Assembly: GCF_964355755.1 (NCBI RefSeq)
Contig: NC_092670.1
Location: forward strand, 14,866,795-14,930,794
DNA: 64,000 bases
Reading direction: 5' to 3'
DNA from: Antedon mediterranea
Lineage: Eukaryota; Animalia; Echinodermata
Below are positions 37,701-46,373 of the stretch, piece after piece (the stretch's first letter is position 1; the number at the start of each line of letters is the position of its first letter). Below the pieces are notes generated by a model. The model searched no databases. It was not told the DNA's origin and saw nothing but the letters and a program-made list of their open reading frames with translations. A program made the translations under genes and the position numbers.

Positions 37701-40700
37701 TAGATTTTCAACTCAATTTCAATTCTTCGCGGGTCAAAGTAATTTCCGGGTTCACCTTGCAACAACCTGGTTTCAACTATTGTCTCTCTTTTATACACAA
37801 GGGAGCAGTTAAAATAATAGATTTGACCCTAAAGGTGACTGGAAACAGGCACTTTCCATCAATCAATAGTGTCCCTTTGGAAGAAGGAAGAAAAAAACCG
37901 ATAGTAGGACTGGAGTTGCATAGCAATTTAAGTTTGTTGTTTATTTTAGGAACGGACCGCGCGTGTGTAAAGGTACAGTAGTTAAAAAATAAAAATTATA
38001 CTGCAAATTATTAAAGATCAAATTAAATATACGCCATAAAGAATCGGAATATATTGTGGGAAATAGTATTATAAAATGACATAGGGAGATTTGAAGATAA
38101 GACATTTTGTTTAAAATCGAGTGAAATCCCGATAGTTGATTGAGTAAGCTGGCAGGAATAACTGTAGACTATCTGTGTCCCGTTAGGACCGAGATGTCTG
38201 CCCATGTTGCAAGCCGTAATATCTTCTTTCTAGGGCCCACTCTGTCACGGCAGTTAGTTTCAAAAGATGTTTAAATTAAATAATGTATTAATAATTATTA
38301 GGATGGTATTTATTTGAATAAACGCCTCTCCAATAAAACATCACTTTGAATAATAATCATTATACTATTTGTAGTAGAATTCATCGCACTGTTATCTACA
38401 ATTTACCAAGCATTTGTTATTCTTTTTTACCACTTTTCATATCTATTAGAGGATTTCATTTGATTATAAATGTTACCATATTATTAAAACTAAAAAGATT
38501 AGCATATATCCCTTGAATAAGCACCTCCCTCAAATGAACTCTGCCTCCCCGAAGGGCCCTACCAAACAATAAACACTATACTTTAAAATGTTATTAATCA
38601 TCTAAAACACTGTGAAATAGAGAGTTTAGTTTTACGAATGTCAAGCATTTTCAATAATGGTAACCGACAGAAAACGTACAAGGAGAACATTTTTATCATT
38701 CCGAGAACCATCGTCTACACTTCCTAGAGGAGGAGCGAGCGAAGCGAGCTCACCCTCTAGTTATTACTAAATTTATTTTAAAGATCAACCAAACATGTAG
38801 TAGCAGGGGCAGACCCAGCTTTTCATGACGAAGGCAGGAATAATCCTTTCATTGATTAATTTTTATTGTTCCACATAAATAGATAATAATATTGTGTGTG
38901 TTTTTAATTTAGTGAAATAAAAAGGGAGTGCGAAAGAAAATATTTTCCTTGACTTAAGAGTCTTTCACACCTGTCATGGCACAGTTCCGGTACGGCGCTG
39001 GCAAATCAAATCGAACGTTATTGATTTTTTTTTTTTCGATTGGTGCATATAGCCGCGTATGGAGCGTCGTGATAACGAAACAAAGACCTTTACACAACAC
39101 CAAGCCACGTAAAACATTTTTCTCATGGTCTTGATCTTAATTTAGGGATATGTGAGAACTGATGACAGCAGTTGTTGTGGTAAATGCAAGAAACAACAGT
39201 GTATCGATTATAACGGTGAATTAAAAGAGGTGGGTACCATTATATTTACTGCCAAACCCTCTATTTAGTATTACCTCCGTCTAGGAAACTATTTTTCGCC
39301 CTGTCATATTTTTATTTGTCTGTTTTTGTTTGTTTCTGAAAAAATCTCACTGCAGTTCGACATTGAAGAGAAGGACGTCAAATATCAAGGTCGCTTTGAT
39401 AAAATATTATTTTTTAATGTTTACCGCCACAATGATCACTGAACCATCACCTAGGGTTGGTTTGAAAGTACACAGGCCATGGTCACAATTTACCAAAAAC
39501 ATTAATTTTATGATATTTCATTGTCTACATGTCACAGTTTTCCTCAGAAACTTGTCGAACTTAGGTCACAGTAAAATATCACGTCAAAAAACAAAACTAA
39601 TTAAAATAAAATATATAAAATTATATTAATATTTATTTTAAAGAAAATTGTAATAATATTTAATTATAAACTCTTGATAAGAATCTGGAAAGCTAAATAC
39701 ATTCCACAAACTCCCATTGACTATTGCTTGTAGTGCAATTAGGACACGACAATAAGTGCGGAGATATTTATGTAGGAAATTTATACTGTAGGCAGTGGAT
39801 AGTTTCAAATGTATCTTGAATAAGGAAATCGATGATTTTGCGAACACCCAATGACTTCCAGTATATATATATATTTATCTATAGAATGGTAGTGAGTGGT
39901 ATCCAACGAATTGTGAAACATGTAAATGTACTCCAAATGGTGATGAGGTGATAGAAAGATGTACAATTAAAATCTGCCCACCGTTTAATGAAACGGCTTG
40001 CCTTGCTGAAAACGTAAGTAAAATAATGAATTTTATTGTACAAGTCTATAATTGGGATCGATCACTGACTCTAGTAAGCAGTGATTACATCTTTTGTTAA
40101 TATTTGAGTAAGGTTTGCATTTCTTTATAATTTTCCATTTAATTGAGTAATTTGTTTTAGAGTCTTTAAGTATCCATATATATTTACTGAGTTCCGTTGC
40201 GTTTCTTAGTTTTTCGTTCCGGAATGAAGACGTATGGTTTCTGTATCTGGTTTTAAACTGGTTTTCAGTTAGTCCGACATACGTTTCTTCTTTTGATGAA
40301 CCTTCTCTCTTTACTGTAGCTTGGTAAACTACACCTTTTGTTAGGCAGTTATCTGGTTAGCTTGTTTTCGCGTTGGTTTCAGTAGACTTTTCCTTGGCTA
40401 TCACATATTTGTTGTGTGCGTTAATTACTTTGTCTACGCTGGGCATGCAACTGTAGCTTAGTTTCAAGGTATTTCTGTTAAATATTTTTCTGAGCTTGTT
40501 GCCGGCAGGAAAACAATCTTCTACTATAGCTAAACACTTGTGGCCGATGTTGGTTGCTACGTTTTTGCTGAATGGTGGGTTAAACCAAATTATGTTTCTG
40601 GTACGCGATTTTTTGGGCTTCTGCTGTTCAGCATTGAACTCAAGTTGATGATTGTATCCGCTTTCTTTGAGGGCTTCTTGGTATAGGGGTGCAGATGCAT

Positions 40701-42149
40701 ATATATCGAGTTTGAACAATACCATGACAGGCCCAGTGGTCTAATGGTTAGGGCAACTGCATATCACGCAGACGGTCCGAGTTCGAGTCTCGGTTGGGTC
40801 GACTTTTTCTCATTCTCACAGATTTCCTCATCTTTATCGTTTCAAATTAATTAATTAAATTTCAGTATATCACCGGGCGGTTTGGAATTAATGTTCTTTG
40901 CCTGATTTGTTTATATATATATATTTAAATAAATGTTCGGTTCAATGTAACCGTCTAAAAAGTCCTCAATACGGTAAAGTAGAGGTAAAATATACGTTAA
41001 GTCTGGAAAAGAAGTAAAAACTACAGTTTGGTCTCTACAGGCTTGTTTCGTGAGTCGTGCAACTCACTCATCAGGAGACTATAATGAGAACAATCAATTA
41101 CAACGTTGCTTACAAGCACATTTACTTGTAGAATTAGCATTTACAGGTGATATGAACAGCCAGAAAAGTTAGCAGAGCAATTATGTATAATATAAATAAT
41201 AGGATTATTTATTTTCTTATTATGGTCATAAATGAAAATAAATTGTGCAGTAGCACAATGATACTTATAATTGGTACAATTTTTGATTGTTATTTTATAT
41301 TGTTACTTTCTTCTCATATTATTTATGTTTTCTATTAACTGTTTTGTTTAATTATTGTATAGTTTGTCATTAAATATGACGATTCTGGTTGTTGTAAAAC
41401 TTGTGGTAAGTTCTTCAAATTTATATTTTGTCTAACAAATGTGAAAGAATTCTAAAATTACGCATTTTTATAATAAAACAGATGATTGAGCATATATCAT
41501 ACACACCAAAAAGGGGAAAGGAGCTGCTACAAATGATTTTGTATTTTCTCAAATAAAAATTGCAAAGTCGGTCGACAAGACACAAACATAAATTTAGGTT
41601 CAGCACCGAGATCATTAATACAAGTTAGTGAAATGTATGTGTCCTTTGGCGAGATTCTTTAGTCTTATTGCCTCGTTTTTAGGATGGGATATATGCCTAT
41701 ATGAGCAAAACGAACTTGAAACGCCTTGAGAGACAGGGTGATCGTTGCATGGTTCCCTCTCTGTAAAGGTTAAGCCAAATGTTGCGCTACAAACATTTAA
41801 TTGTGGCGCATAATAAATGTGCGTAATTGTTATCATTTTGATCAATATTACAGTGCGTAATGAAACACAAGGAAATTGTAAACACATCACAAATACTGAT
41901 TTCCTGCGAATCGGAAACTGTAAAAGTGAATCTTCTACCATCGACCAAAGCTATTGCCAAGGGCAATGCGATTCATCAGCCAAGTATAGTAATGACCTGA
42001 AGAAGGTTGTGAATGACTGCAAATGTTGTCAATTTAAAGAGGAAGCAGAGATTCAGGTCAAGATGATTTGTGACGATGGAACTGAACGAGAAGAGAAACA
42101 TGTCTATGCTCGGAGTTGTGGCTGTGATGATTGCGTCGAAAACAACTAA
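1734..42149 (+). CDS. Gel-forming mucin / von Willebrand factor-family protein (VWD-C8-TIL assemblies, PTS repeats, CysD, VWC-like, CTCK); 5' end upstream of window; one apparent frameshift near 2030
   Basis: 32 AG..GT-bounded exons, phase-consistent except exon 2: 1734-1890, 1976-2208, 2388-2618, 3029-3170, 5144-5272, 5477-5666, 6506-6682, 6926-7163, 7394-7593, 8005-8098, 8605-8651, 8944-9323, 9493-9886, 10586-10789, 16983-17471, 17729-18991, 19126-19313, 21076-21344, 21800-22032, 22294-22476, 22840-23066, 23440-23641, 26723-27073, 27398-27574, 33282-33407, 34174-34275, 35895-35938, 36528-36644, 39146-39229, 39885-40013, 41363-41405, 41854-42149 (TAA). Motifs: [33 protein letters not shown] (MUC2/VWF D3-like), WSDW CysD, CQGQC..CKCC..CGC cystine knot. 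Confidence 0.93.
2388..7163 (+). CDS. Mucin exons for D2-like assembly (VWD with GDPH and CGLCG, C8, TIL)
   Basis: [27 protein letters not shown] (exon 2388-2618), TCGLCGTFD (5144-5272), C8 (6506-6682), TIL (6926-7163). Confidence 0.9.
2787..2926. mobile_element. Tourist/PIF-Harbinger-like MITE
   Basis: TIR GCTTGGTTCCCACTAG / CTAGTGAGAACCAAGC, flanked by TTA on both sides. Confidence 0.6.
3551..4833 (-). mobile_element. Non-autonomous Helitron family A, copy 2 (inverted; terminal hairpin deleted)
   Basis: Reverse complement of 19740-21028; starts a|TCTATATATAAATTTACGTAAGGGC, ends GAGAACCATCTAG|t. Confidence 0.72.
8944..10789 (+). CDS. Mucin exons for D3-like assembly (VWD, C8, TIL)
   Basis: [64 protein letters not shown] in exons 8944-9323, 9493-9886, 10586-10789. 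Confidence 0.9.
10801..10850 (-). repeat. Probable LINE 3' tail remnant
   Basis: Minus strand GGACAATAAAG followed by (TATGAC)n tandem tail. Confidence 0.4.
11333..12202 (+). CDS. LINE ORF1p (L1-type coiled coil + RRM)
   Basis: 289 aa; LENRSRRNNLVIHNVPEG, IERAHR, PRLIHVKL, YISDDVS motifs typical of L1 ORF1. Confidence 0.9.
   Translation: MESGKQDKEKITYHLRSVRADAEETIEPVSAGSAAQPSNSVLDQKLDMIIQKLESMDKRVKNLGSRMSKAEGKSKTQNQDIAEIHRSLEFIGKSVEENTTKCKSTSEITGNFEYLQNKVEDLENRSRRNNLVIHNVPEGYEKKENKTCEELVKYILTSHMKLEDGEHIEIERAHRTPGYLHNKGSTKRKQTPRLIHVKLLRFTDRQFVLRNAAKTLKNYPLHTNLIYISDDVSKKVREQRKILRQNHIERIRRRSDVKFAFIPFCVPPVIRYQKQDGRFESFVPGQNSK
12679..16353 (+). CDS. LINE ORF2p (APE endonuclease, reverse transcriptase, C-terminal Cys/His zinc knuckle)
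   Basis: 1224 aa; SLNVRGL, LQETH, GGDFN, RLDYFL, SDH (EN); NWRPISLLNVDYK, DFEKAFD, GLRQGCPLSP, QFADD (RT); CSFCKEKQETLLHMFFEC. Confidence 0.96.
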   Translation: MGSIDICSLNVRGLRNPFKRSTVFNWLRDQPFSIYLLQETHCTHELETAWRNDWGSEIKFSNGKNNSAGVCILLKLNVSYKIGNIYNDQNGKFIIMNIQIEDKHITIANLYGPNDDNSFFFEQFNNKIEEFAQYSLIIGGDFNTILEPDLDKKNGRGQIHPRSVEQINSIKDNYNLIDIWRQENPTKTQFTWHSNQSPKVFCRLDYFLISYELWSQVEKTLISPGFKSDHSLITLSIHGITSKRGSGFWKLNTSLLSDPQYVKEIKETIKNTKEECLENNPHTVWEMIKCNTRRTSMSYSGRLNKTIKKDADRLNNEIKTLEEQYCVNSNEKITEMIQIKRNELESIYEIRTRGSLIRSKARWIEEGEKSTKYFLNLERRNYNKKHITKITTDNGDITNPDDIINEEKRFYESLYSFEGENNNVNPADIFDKIHIDKINKDDESICDQPLRDTECLEALKAMDNNKTPGTDGFPAEFYKLFWNDIKDTLINAYHYSFQSGFLSISQKRGVISLIPKKDKSPLLLKNWRPISLLNVDYKILAKAIATRLKCVLPSVINPDQTGFLKGRYIGENIRLVYDVIKYAEMHNKPNLLFFVDFEKAFDKVKWDFLDMSLKRFGFGKNMINWIKILYKDIVSCVINNGVTSKFFNLKRGLRQGCPLSPYLFIICAETLGNMVRQSDTFKGIEYNNVDIRISQFADDTVFFLKDQNSIKPIIDILDEFSIYSGLRINYEKSNIMRIGSLRNCDYKTPSEKSISWTKGPVKYLGVNISCNFNDIFRLNFPDKAKNAEQVLNMWKQRSLTLFGKATIIKSLFLPIFTYVFSNLPDPPDCFLQDIQSKIFKFIWNGKPDKVKRKVMLNNFDEGGLKIPHIKSYCTSLKSCWVKRYLDGNQSKWKVFLKSKIKEVGGNIVFETNFSKSSKILKQFERFHKDILSAWSEYNFVEPYTIEDILNQSLWNNSCFDDKREFKVEKNWLVKNVNYVKDIVNKEGKILELDEFNQKYNFKPDFLLYHQIVNSIPKLWKQKLIEQGINTTNEVESKLQTFISVKTRNCHYIYKHIILKNVEEPIGIESKWEKEFDNKLNWKNLFSNLHACTNDTKLKNFQFKFIHRIIYTNTMLFKMSKVDSPMCSFCKEKQETLLHMFFECDLVKNIWENVKQYMYRNINNNLIITKESICFGFGKTHSDANILILITKWYIFSCKIKKQLLNYNHLFHIYQKYKATILLAK
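16983..17471 (+). CDS. Mucin PTS exon 1 (33-bp / 11-aa tandem repeat TTEVPTTTPTS)
   Basis: Acceptor tttacAG ending 16982, donor GTaaat at 17472; ~14 repeat units; phase 1-1. Confidence 0.9.
17585..17644 (+). pseudogene. Intronic degenerate copy of the CysD exon 5' part
   Basis: SDWMDKTKPRPNWNDLERLE vs exon SDWMDSMKPGPGKWNDLERLE; in-frame TAA just upstream at 17579-17581. Confidence 0.7.
17729..18991 (+). CDS. Mucin exon: CysD (WxxW) domain + PTS repeats + start of degenerate VWD
   Basis: CCWSDWMD...DLE...C.DPSKIECR...GQQVTCDTNYGLVC...CYNYEVRVCC, then ~24 11-aa Thr/Pro repeats. Confidence 0.92.
19740..21028 (+). mobile_element. Non-autonomous Helitron family A, copy 3 (complete, ~1.29 kb)
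   Basis: a|TC 5' end, 3' hairpin + CTAG|t, no TSD seen, no ORF. Confidence 0.75.
21595..21755 (+). mobile_element. Internally deleted Helitron family A fragment
   Basis: ctttcggtac..ctgatgtaaccct..gaatttaggttcaacgattt joined to gacctagatggta. Confidence 0.55.
22840..27574 (+). CDS. Mucin exons for D4-like assembly (VWD with GDPH, C8, TIL)
   Basis: [29 protein letters not shown] (22840-23066), TEGLCGIC across 23641/26723, C8 and TIL in 26723-27073 and 27398-27574. Confidence 0.9.
23860..24291 (-). mobile_element. Diverged 5' fragment of Helitron family A
   Basis: Reverse-complement match to 19740-20200 including the TCTATATAT..TTTACGTAAGGGC start. Confidence 0.6.
24784..26690 (-). mobile_element. 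Decayed CR1-type LINE with frameshifts and a large internal deletion
   Basis: EN part (GGVAILIK, IAGDFN, TLDLIFT, GKSDH; ~25790-26690) abuts the RT C-terminal half (SGVIQGSVLGP, LFADDAK, TRGH; 24834-25780); short tandem 3' tail (AATCACTAAAGGTAAG)x2 at ~24784-24817. Confidence 0.85.
29053..29220. mobile_element. hAT-type MITE (168 bp)
   Basis: TIR CAGTGGCGT / ACGCCACTG; 8-bp TSD AGTATAAT on both sides. Confidence 0.8.
29658..31480. mobile_element. hAT-type non-autonomous element (1.8 kb) with internal tandem repeats
   Basis: TIR CAGTGGTGGCGCCAG / CTGGCGCCACCCCTG; 8-bp TSD TTGTGTAC at 29650-29657 and 31481-31488; subterminal TAGCCCCCTCGTCGGGG direct repeats. Confidence 0.82.
29721..30586 (+). 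repeat. Three tandem ~255-315 bp units inside the hAT element
   Basis: CGGGTACTTTTTGTCGGGGAATATAA...CCAGGCGAAGTTTACCGACGGTT recurs at ~29728, ~29984 and ~30291. Confidence 0.85.
34752..34924. repeat. Long palindrome (hairpin/cruciform), probably part of a ~1 kb non-autonomous element extending to ~35675
   Basis: 28-bp perfect inner arm GGTGAATGATGAAAGGTTATATTTCAAC with its complement, ~80-bp imperfect arms, loop GAGGCGATGAGCCGA. Confidence 0.8.
36650..37170 (+). mobile_element. DINE-1/Helentron-associated (HINE)-like element
   Basis: T-run, hairpin ACCCAGTCAG..CTGACTGGGT, (TCTT)-rich tract, repeated AGGTCAAGGTC and CCGAT(C/T)GAGCTG motifs; 3' limit approximate. Confidence 0.45.
37486..38760 (+). 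mobile_element. Non-autonomous Helitron family B (~1.27 kb)
   Basis: a|TCTATATATAAAT start; ends GAGAACCATC..CTAGAGGAGGAGC-GAGCGAAGCGA-GCTCACCCTCTAG|t; interior unlike family A. Confidence 0.65.
40730..40801 (+). tRNA. tRNA-like sequence (SINE head or pseudo-tRNA; apparent anticodon ATC)
   Basis: GGCCCAG/TTGGGTC acceptor stem, A-box TGGTCTAATGG, CTGC-ATATCAC-GCAG arm, CCGAG-TTCGAGT-CTCGG T-arm, followed by TTTTT; lies in a ~220-bp unit bounded by (AT)n. Confidence 0.55.
41031..41079 (-). ncRNA. Type I hammerhead ribozyme
   Basis: Minus strand GTCTC-CTGATGA-GTGAGT-TGCACG-ACTCAC-GAA-ACA-AGCC-TGT-A-GAGAC: intact core, 5-bp stem I, 6-bp stem II, 3-bp stem III, GUA cleavage triplet. Confidence 0.85.
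41854..42149 (+). CDS. Mucin terminal exon: C-terminal cystine knot (CTCK)
   Basis: 11 Cys with CQGQC, CKCC and CGC pattern, as in VWF/mucin CK domains; stop TAA ends at 42149. Confidence 0.92.
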
Positions 42150-42879
42150 TTCTTTTTTTTCTATCTCTCTCCATTTAATTAACAGTTTACATTAAATATA
42201 AATTGTATTAAACGTAATACTTTTTTTTTTCATTTATAATGTAAACTATAAAATGTATATACTTTATATATATTTATTTATTTATAACCCTTTTTATTTG
42301 GTTTTCTCTCCTTATTTTTGTTTTAGTTATTTTTCTCGCATCTCTCATAATACACACGCACATATTTTTATATTTATATTATCACTATATAGCATTGTAC
42401 GCGTTACATTAAAAACAAATTAAACATTTTCGCTTAATCTACCTTTTCATTTTATTCTAAAAAAAACATGCAGTAAAAAAAAAGATTAAAAAACATTAAT
42501 TTATTTCATTGGCTGTACGGTTTTTACCACCAAATATAACATTAACGATTAACAGCTTTCTAATTTTTACCTTTTCTCATATAAATTTGTAACATATTCC
42601 AATTAACTTTAAGACCTTATTAAACCTGAGTTTTTTTAGTTCCGGTCAAAATGGTTATTTGGAAGACAACATTTTCCCATTTCTGCAGTTTTTTAATTTA
42701 ACTTTAATAAACTTTGCATTTCTATTAATGGGTACATTTTATTTGTTCTTATTGATTCGTAAAATTGACAGTCGCGTAATCTGTTCTGAGCATGTAACTT
42801 CAATACATAATTCAATAATTCGATATTTTGGTCATTTTTCGTAAAGCATTCCTGTACTTTACTATAATAGTACAAGGAA

Positions 42880-45280
42880 ATTTATTTTATTTTTTTTTCG
42901 AAAAATGACCAAAATATTCGACTTATTATGCATAGAGTTAACATGCTCAGAACATATTATGTCATTCTGGGCACATCGCTTTTTCAAAAACGTCCCTGTT
43001 CTATAGTACAGGGATTTTTTACGAAATATGACCAAAATATCGACTTATTGTGTATAGAGTTAACATGCTCAGAACAGATTATGTGATTCTGCGCATACCA
43101 ATTTTTCGAAAATTTCCCTGTACTAGTACAAGGATTTTTTACGAAAAATTACCAAAATATCGACTTATTATGTATCGAGATAAAATGCTCAGATCAGTTT
43201 ATGTCATTCTGCGCACATCAATTTTGGGAAAATTTCCTCTGTGCTATAGTACAGGGATTTTTTCCGAAAAATGACCAAAATATCGACTTATTGTGTATAG
43301 AGATAACATGCTCAGAACAGATTGTCATTCTGTCCCTGTTCTGTAGTACAGGGATTTTTTACGAAATATGATCAAAATATCGACTTATTGTGTATAGAGT
43401 TAACATGCTCAGAACAGATTATGTGTGATTCTGCGCATACCAATTTTTCGAAAATTTTCCTGTACTAGTACAAGGATTTTTTACGAAAAATTACCAAAAT
43501 ATCGACTTATTATGTATCGAGATAAAATGCTCAGATCAGTTTATGTCATTCTGCGCACATCAATTTTGGGAAAATTTCCTCTTTGCTATAGTACAGGGAT
43601 TTTACGAAAATAACGACTTATTATGTATAGAGGTAACATGCTCAGAACATATTATGTCATTCTGCGCACATCGATTTTTTTCGAAAATGTCCCTGTGCAC
43701 GTGCTATAGTACAGGGATTTTTTTCCGAAAAATGACCAAAATAACAACTTATTATGTATAGAGATAACATGCTCAGAACAGATTATGTCATTCTGCGCAC
43801 ATCGATTTTGGGAAAATTTCCCTGTGCACGTGCTATAGTACAGGGATTTTACGAAAATAACGACTTATTATGTATAGAGGTAACATGCTCAGAACATATT
43901 ATGTCATTCTGCGCACATCGATTTTTCGAAAATGTCCCTGTGCACGTGTATAGTACAGGGATTTTTTTACGAAAAATGACCAAAATATCGACTTATGTAT
44001 AGAGGTAACATGCTCAGAACAGATTATGTCATTTTGCGCACATCCATTTTTTCGAAAATGTCCCTATGCTAATAGAGTACAGGGATGTTTTACGAAAAAT
44101 GACCAACATATCGACTTATTATGTATCTCTAGATAAAATTCTCAGATCAGTTTATGTCATTCTGTGCACATCAATTTTGGGAAAATTTCCTCTGTTTTAT
44201 AGTACAGGGATTTTTTACGAAAAATTACCAAAATATCGACTTATTGTGTATCGAGATAAAATGCTCATATCAGTTTATGTCATTCTGCGCACATTAATTT
44301 TGCGAAAATGTCCTCTGTGCAGGGATTTTTTCCGAAAATGACCAAAATATCGACTTATTATGTATACAGATAACATGCTCAGAACATATTATGTAATTCT
44401 GCGCACATTCATTTTTTGAAAATTTTCCTGTGCACGTGCTATAGTACAGGGATGACCAAAATATCGATTTATTATGTATAGAGGTAGCATGCTCAGAACA
44501 GATATTGTCATTCTGCGCCCATCGATTTTTCGAAAATTTCCCTGTGCTACACTGTAGTTCAGTACAGGGATGTTTTACGAAAAATGAAACAAATATCGAC
44601 TTATGTATAGAGGTAACATGCTCAGAACAGATTATGTCATTCTGCGCACATTAATTTTTCGAAAATTTCCCTGTGCTATAGTACAGGGATGTTTTACGAA
44701 AAATGATCAAAATATCGATGTATTATGTATAGAGGTAGCATGCATTGTTTGGTCAGTCTTGTGAAGTTGTGAAATTTATAAATAAAAAAAATAAAAAATT
44801 ATAAAACAAATTCAGTTAAGTATGATGTTTCCACACCGAGAGACGCACCCCCTGGCGCATATACCCATGTGGTCCTTCATCAGTATTCATCCAGATCCAT
44901 GCTCAGAACATATTATGTCATTCTGCGCACATCGATTTTCGAAAATTTCCCTGTTCTATAGTACAGGGATTTTTTACAAAAAATGATCAAAATATCGACT
45001 TATTGTGTATAGAGATAACATGTCTACAGATTGTCATTCTGCGCACATCTATTTTTCGAAAATGTCCCTGTACTATACTGTAGTTCAGTACAGGGATGTA
45101 TAGAGTTAACATGCTCAGAACAGATTATGTCATTCTGCGCACATCAATTTTTCGAAAATTTCCCTGTCCTAGTACAGAGTTTTTTAACGAAAAATGACAA
45201 AAATATCGACTTATTGTGTATAGAGGTAACATGCTCAGAACGGATTATTTCTTTCTGCGCACATCCATTTAAAAAAAATT
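42880..45280 (+). repeat. ~121-bp tandem satellite array (roughly 18-19 units) with inverted flanking units
   Basis: AAAATGACCAAAATATCGACTTATTATGTATAGAG..ACATGCTCAGAACAGATTATGTCATTCTGCGCACATC..CCCTGTGCTATAGTACAGGGA repeated; inverted copies at ~42775-42875 and ~45288-45315. Confidence 0.92.
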
Positions 45281-45861
45281 GACATTAAGTCGATATTTTG
45301 GTCGTTTTTAGTAAAATAATTTAGACAATATAAACAGTGAAAAAATTTATCATGAGTAATAAAGTAACAACGGTACTGACTTTTTAAACTATAAAATAAA
45401 TATGTTACAATATAAACATTTTGTTAAAAACCACGCACCATTTTATTTAAACACCATAATTTCCATTTTCCTATTTCAGCTACTCAAATTAACAATTTAA
45501 AAATACTTTAATAAATTCATAATTACTGTTTCATTTTACTTATGCACTTTCAAGAATGTTGGTCCATTAGAAAACAGACTACGTAAGAAAGAGACTTTTA
45601 CCACGTTTCTGTAATGTATGTATAAAACCATTCGTTACTAACTGTATTATTTGGTTTTATTTTGTTTGCAAAAACAATGTATAAAGGCAATTAAATCTGC
45701 TAATACCAACATGCGATACAGTACCGAGAGTTGTGTATGCCAACACCAATAGCATGAGAATTACTCCGCGTAGTTAATACCGCAGCCAGCACAAAATTAT
45801 GTTATCATGAACAATTAATTGAATGAAAACTTCATTAAAGTAAAGTACTATGAAAACCATC

Positions 45862-46080
45862 ATCAGGTGCTACTGGACATTCCAAGGAGCAAACATAGTT
45901 GGGGAGATCGGACTTTCAGTGTTGCTGGACCTAGGCTCTGGAACCACCTACCCTTGAACATCATTATTGAGTCACTTTAAGTCACTACTCAAAACTCACC
46001 TTTTCTGATTTTTTCTACAGTGCCATGAGCAATGAATGTTGGAATGGCGCTATATAAATCAAACGATTGATTGATTGATC
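45862..46080 (+). mobile_element. L2-clade LINE 3' end
   Basis: LLDIPRSKHSWGDRTFSVAGPRLWNHLP..FKSLLKTHLF, 3' stem-loop GTGCCAT..ATGGCGC and (GATT)n tail. Confidence 0.75.
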
Positions 46081-46373
46081 AATTAGATATAAGAAAATGC
46101 AATTATTAATGTTAAAATACATGCTGTACAAGGTGTATTTTGACTGTAAAAACATCTTTTTGTAAACATATTTACATATCAATTTTCCATTGAATTAAAA
46201 TTAAATATTGCAATTGATTAAGTACCCACAAACTATCCAATGAAACAGAAATGTACAATTTATTTTGAAAAGCCCAATGTTTTAAATACCTCAACAATTC
46301 ATCAAACTTGATTTTTTATACAGTTAATATAAATTTACAAATCATTGTACATAATGCAGCGTCAAACCCTTTG

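Larger units (their letters stand above)
40050..41080 (-). mobile_element. Penelope-like retroelement remnant (RT C-terminal linker + GIY-YIG endonuclease), interrupted by a tRNA-like insert
   Basis: RNIIWFNPPFSKNVATNIG..KIFNRNTLKLSYSCMP (40357-40700), then frameshifted CLTKGVVYQATV..ETYVGLTENQFKTRYRNH..TELSKYIW..KRCNHCL (40070-40350); hammerhead upstream. Confidence 0.85.

Noticed and set aside
44820-44885. CTGATGA...GAAAC on the minus strand resembling a hammerhead
   Set aside because: No convincing stems I, II or III around the core
42880-45280. CRISPR-like regular repeats and short ORFs
   Set aside because: Whole units repeat with no unique spacers and no cas genes; eukaryotic satellite, and the ORFs are repeat artefacts
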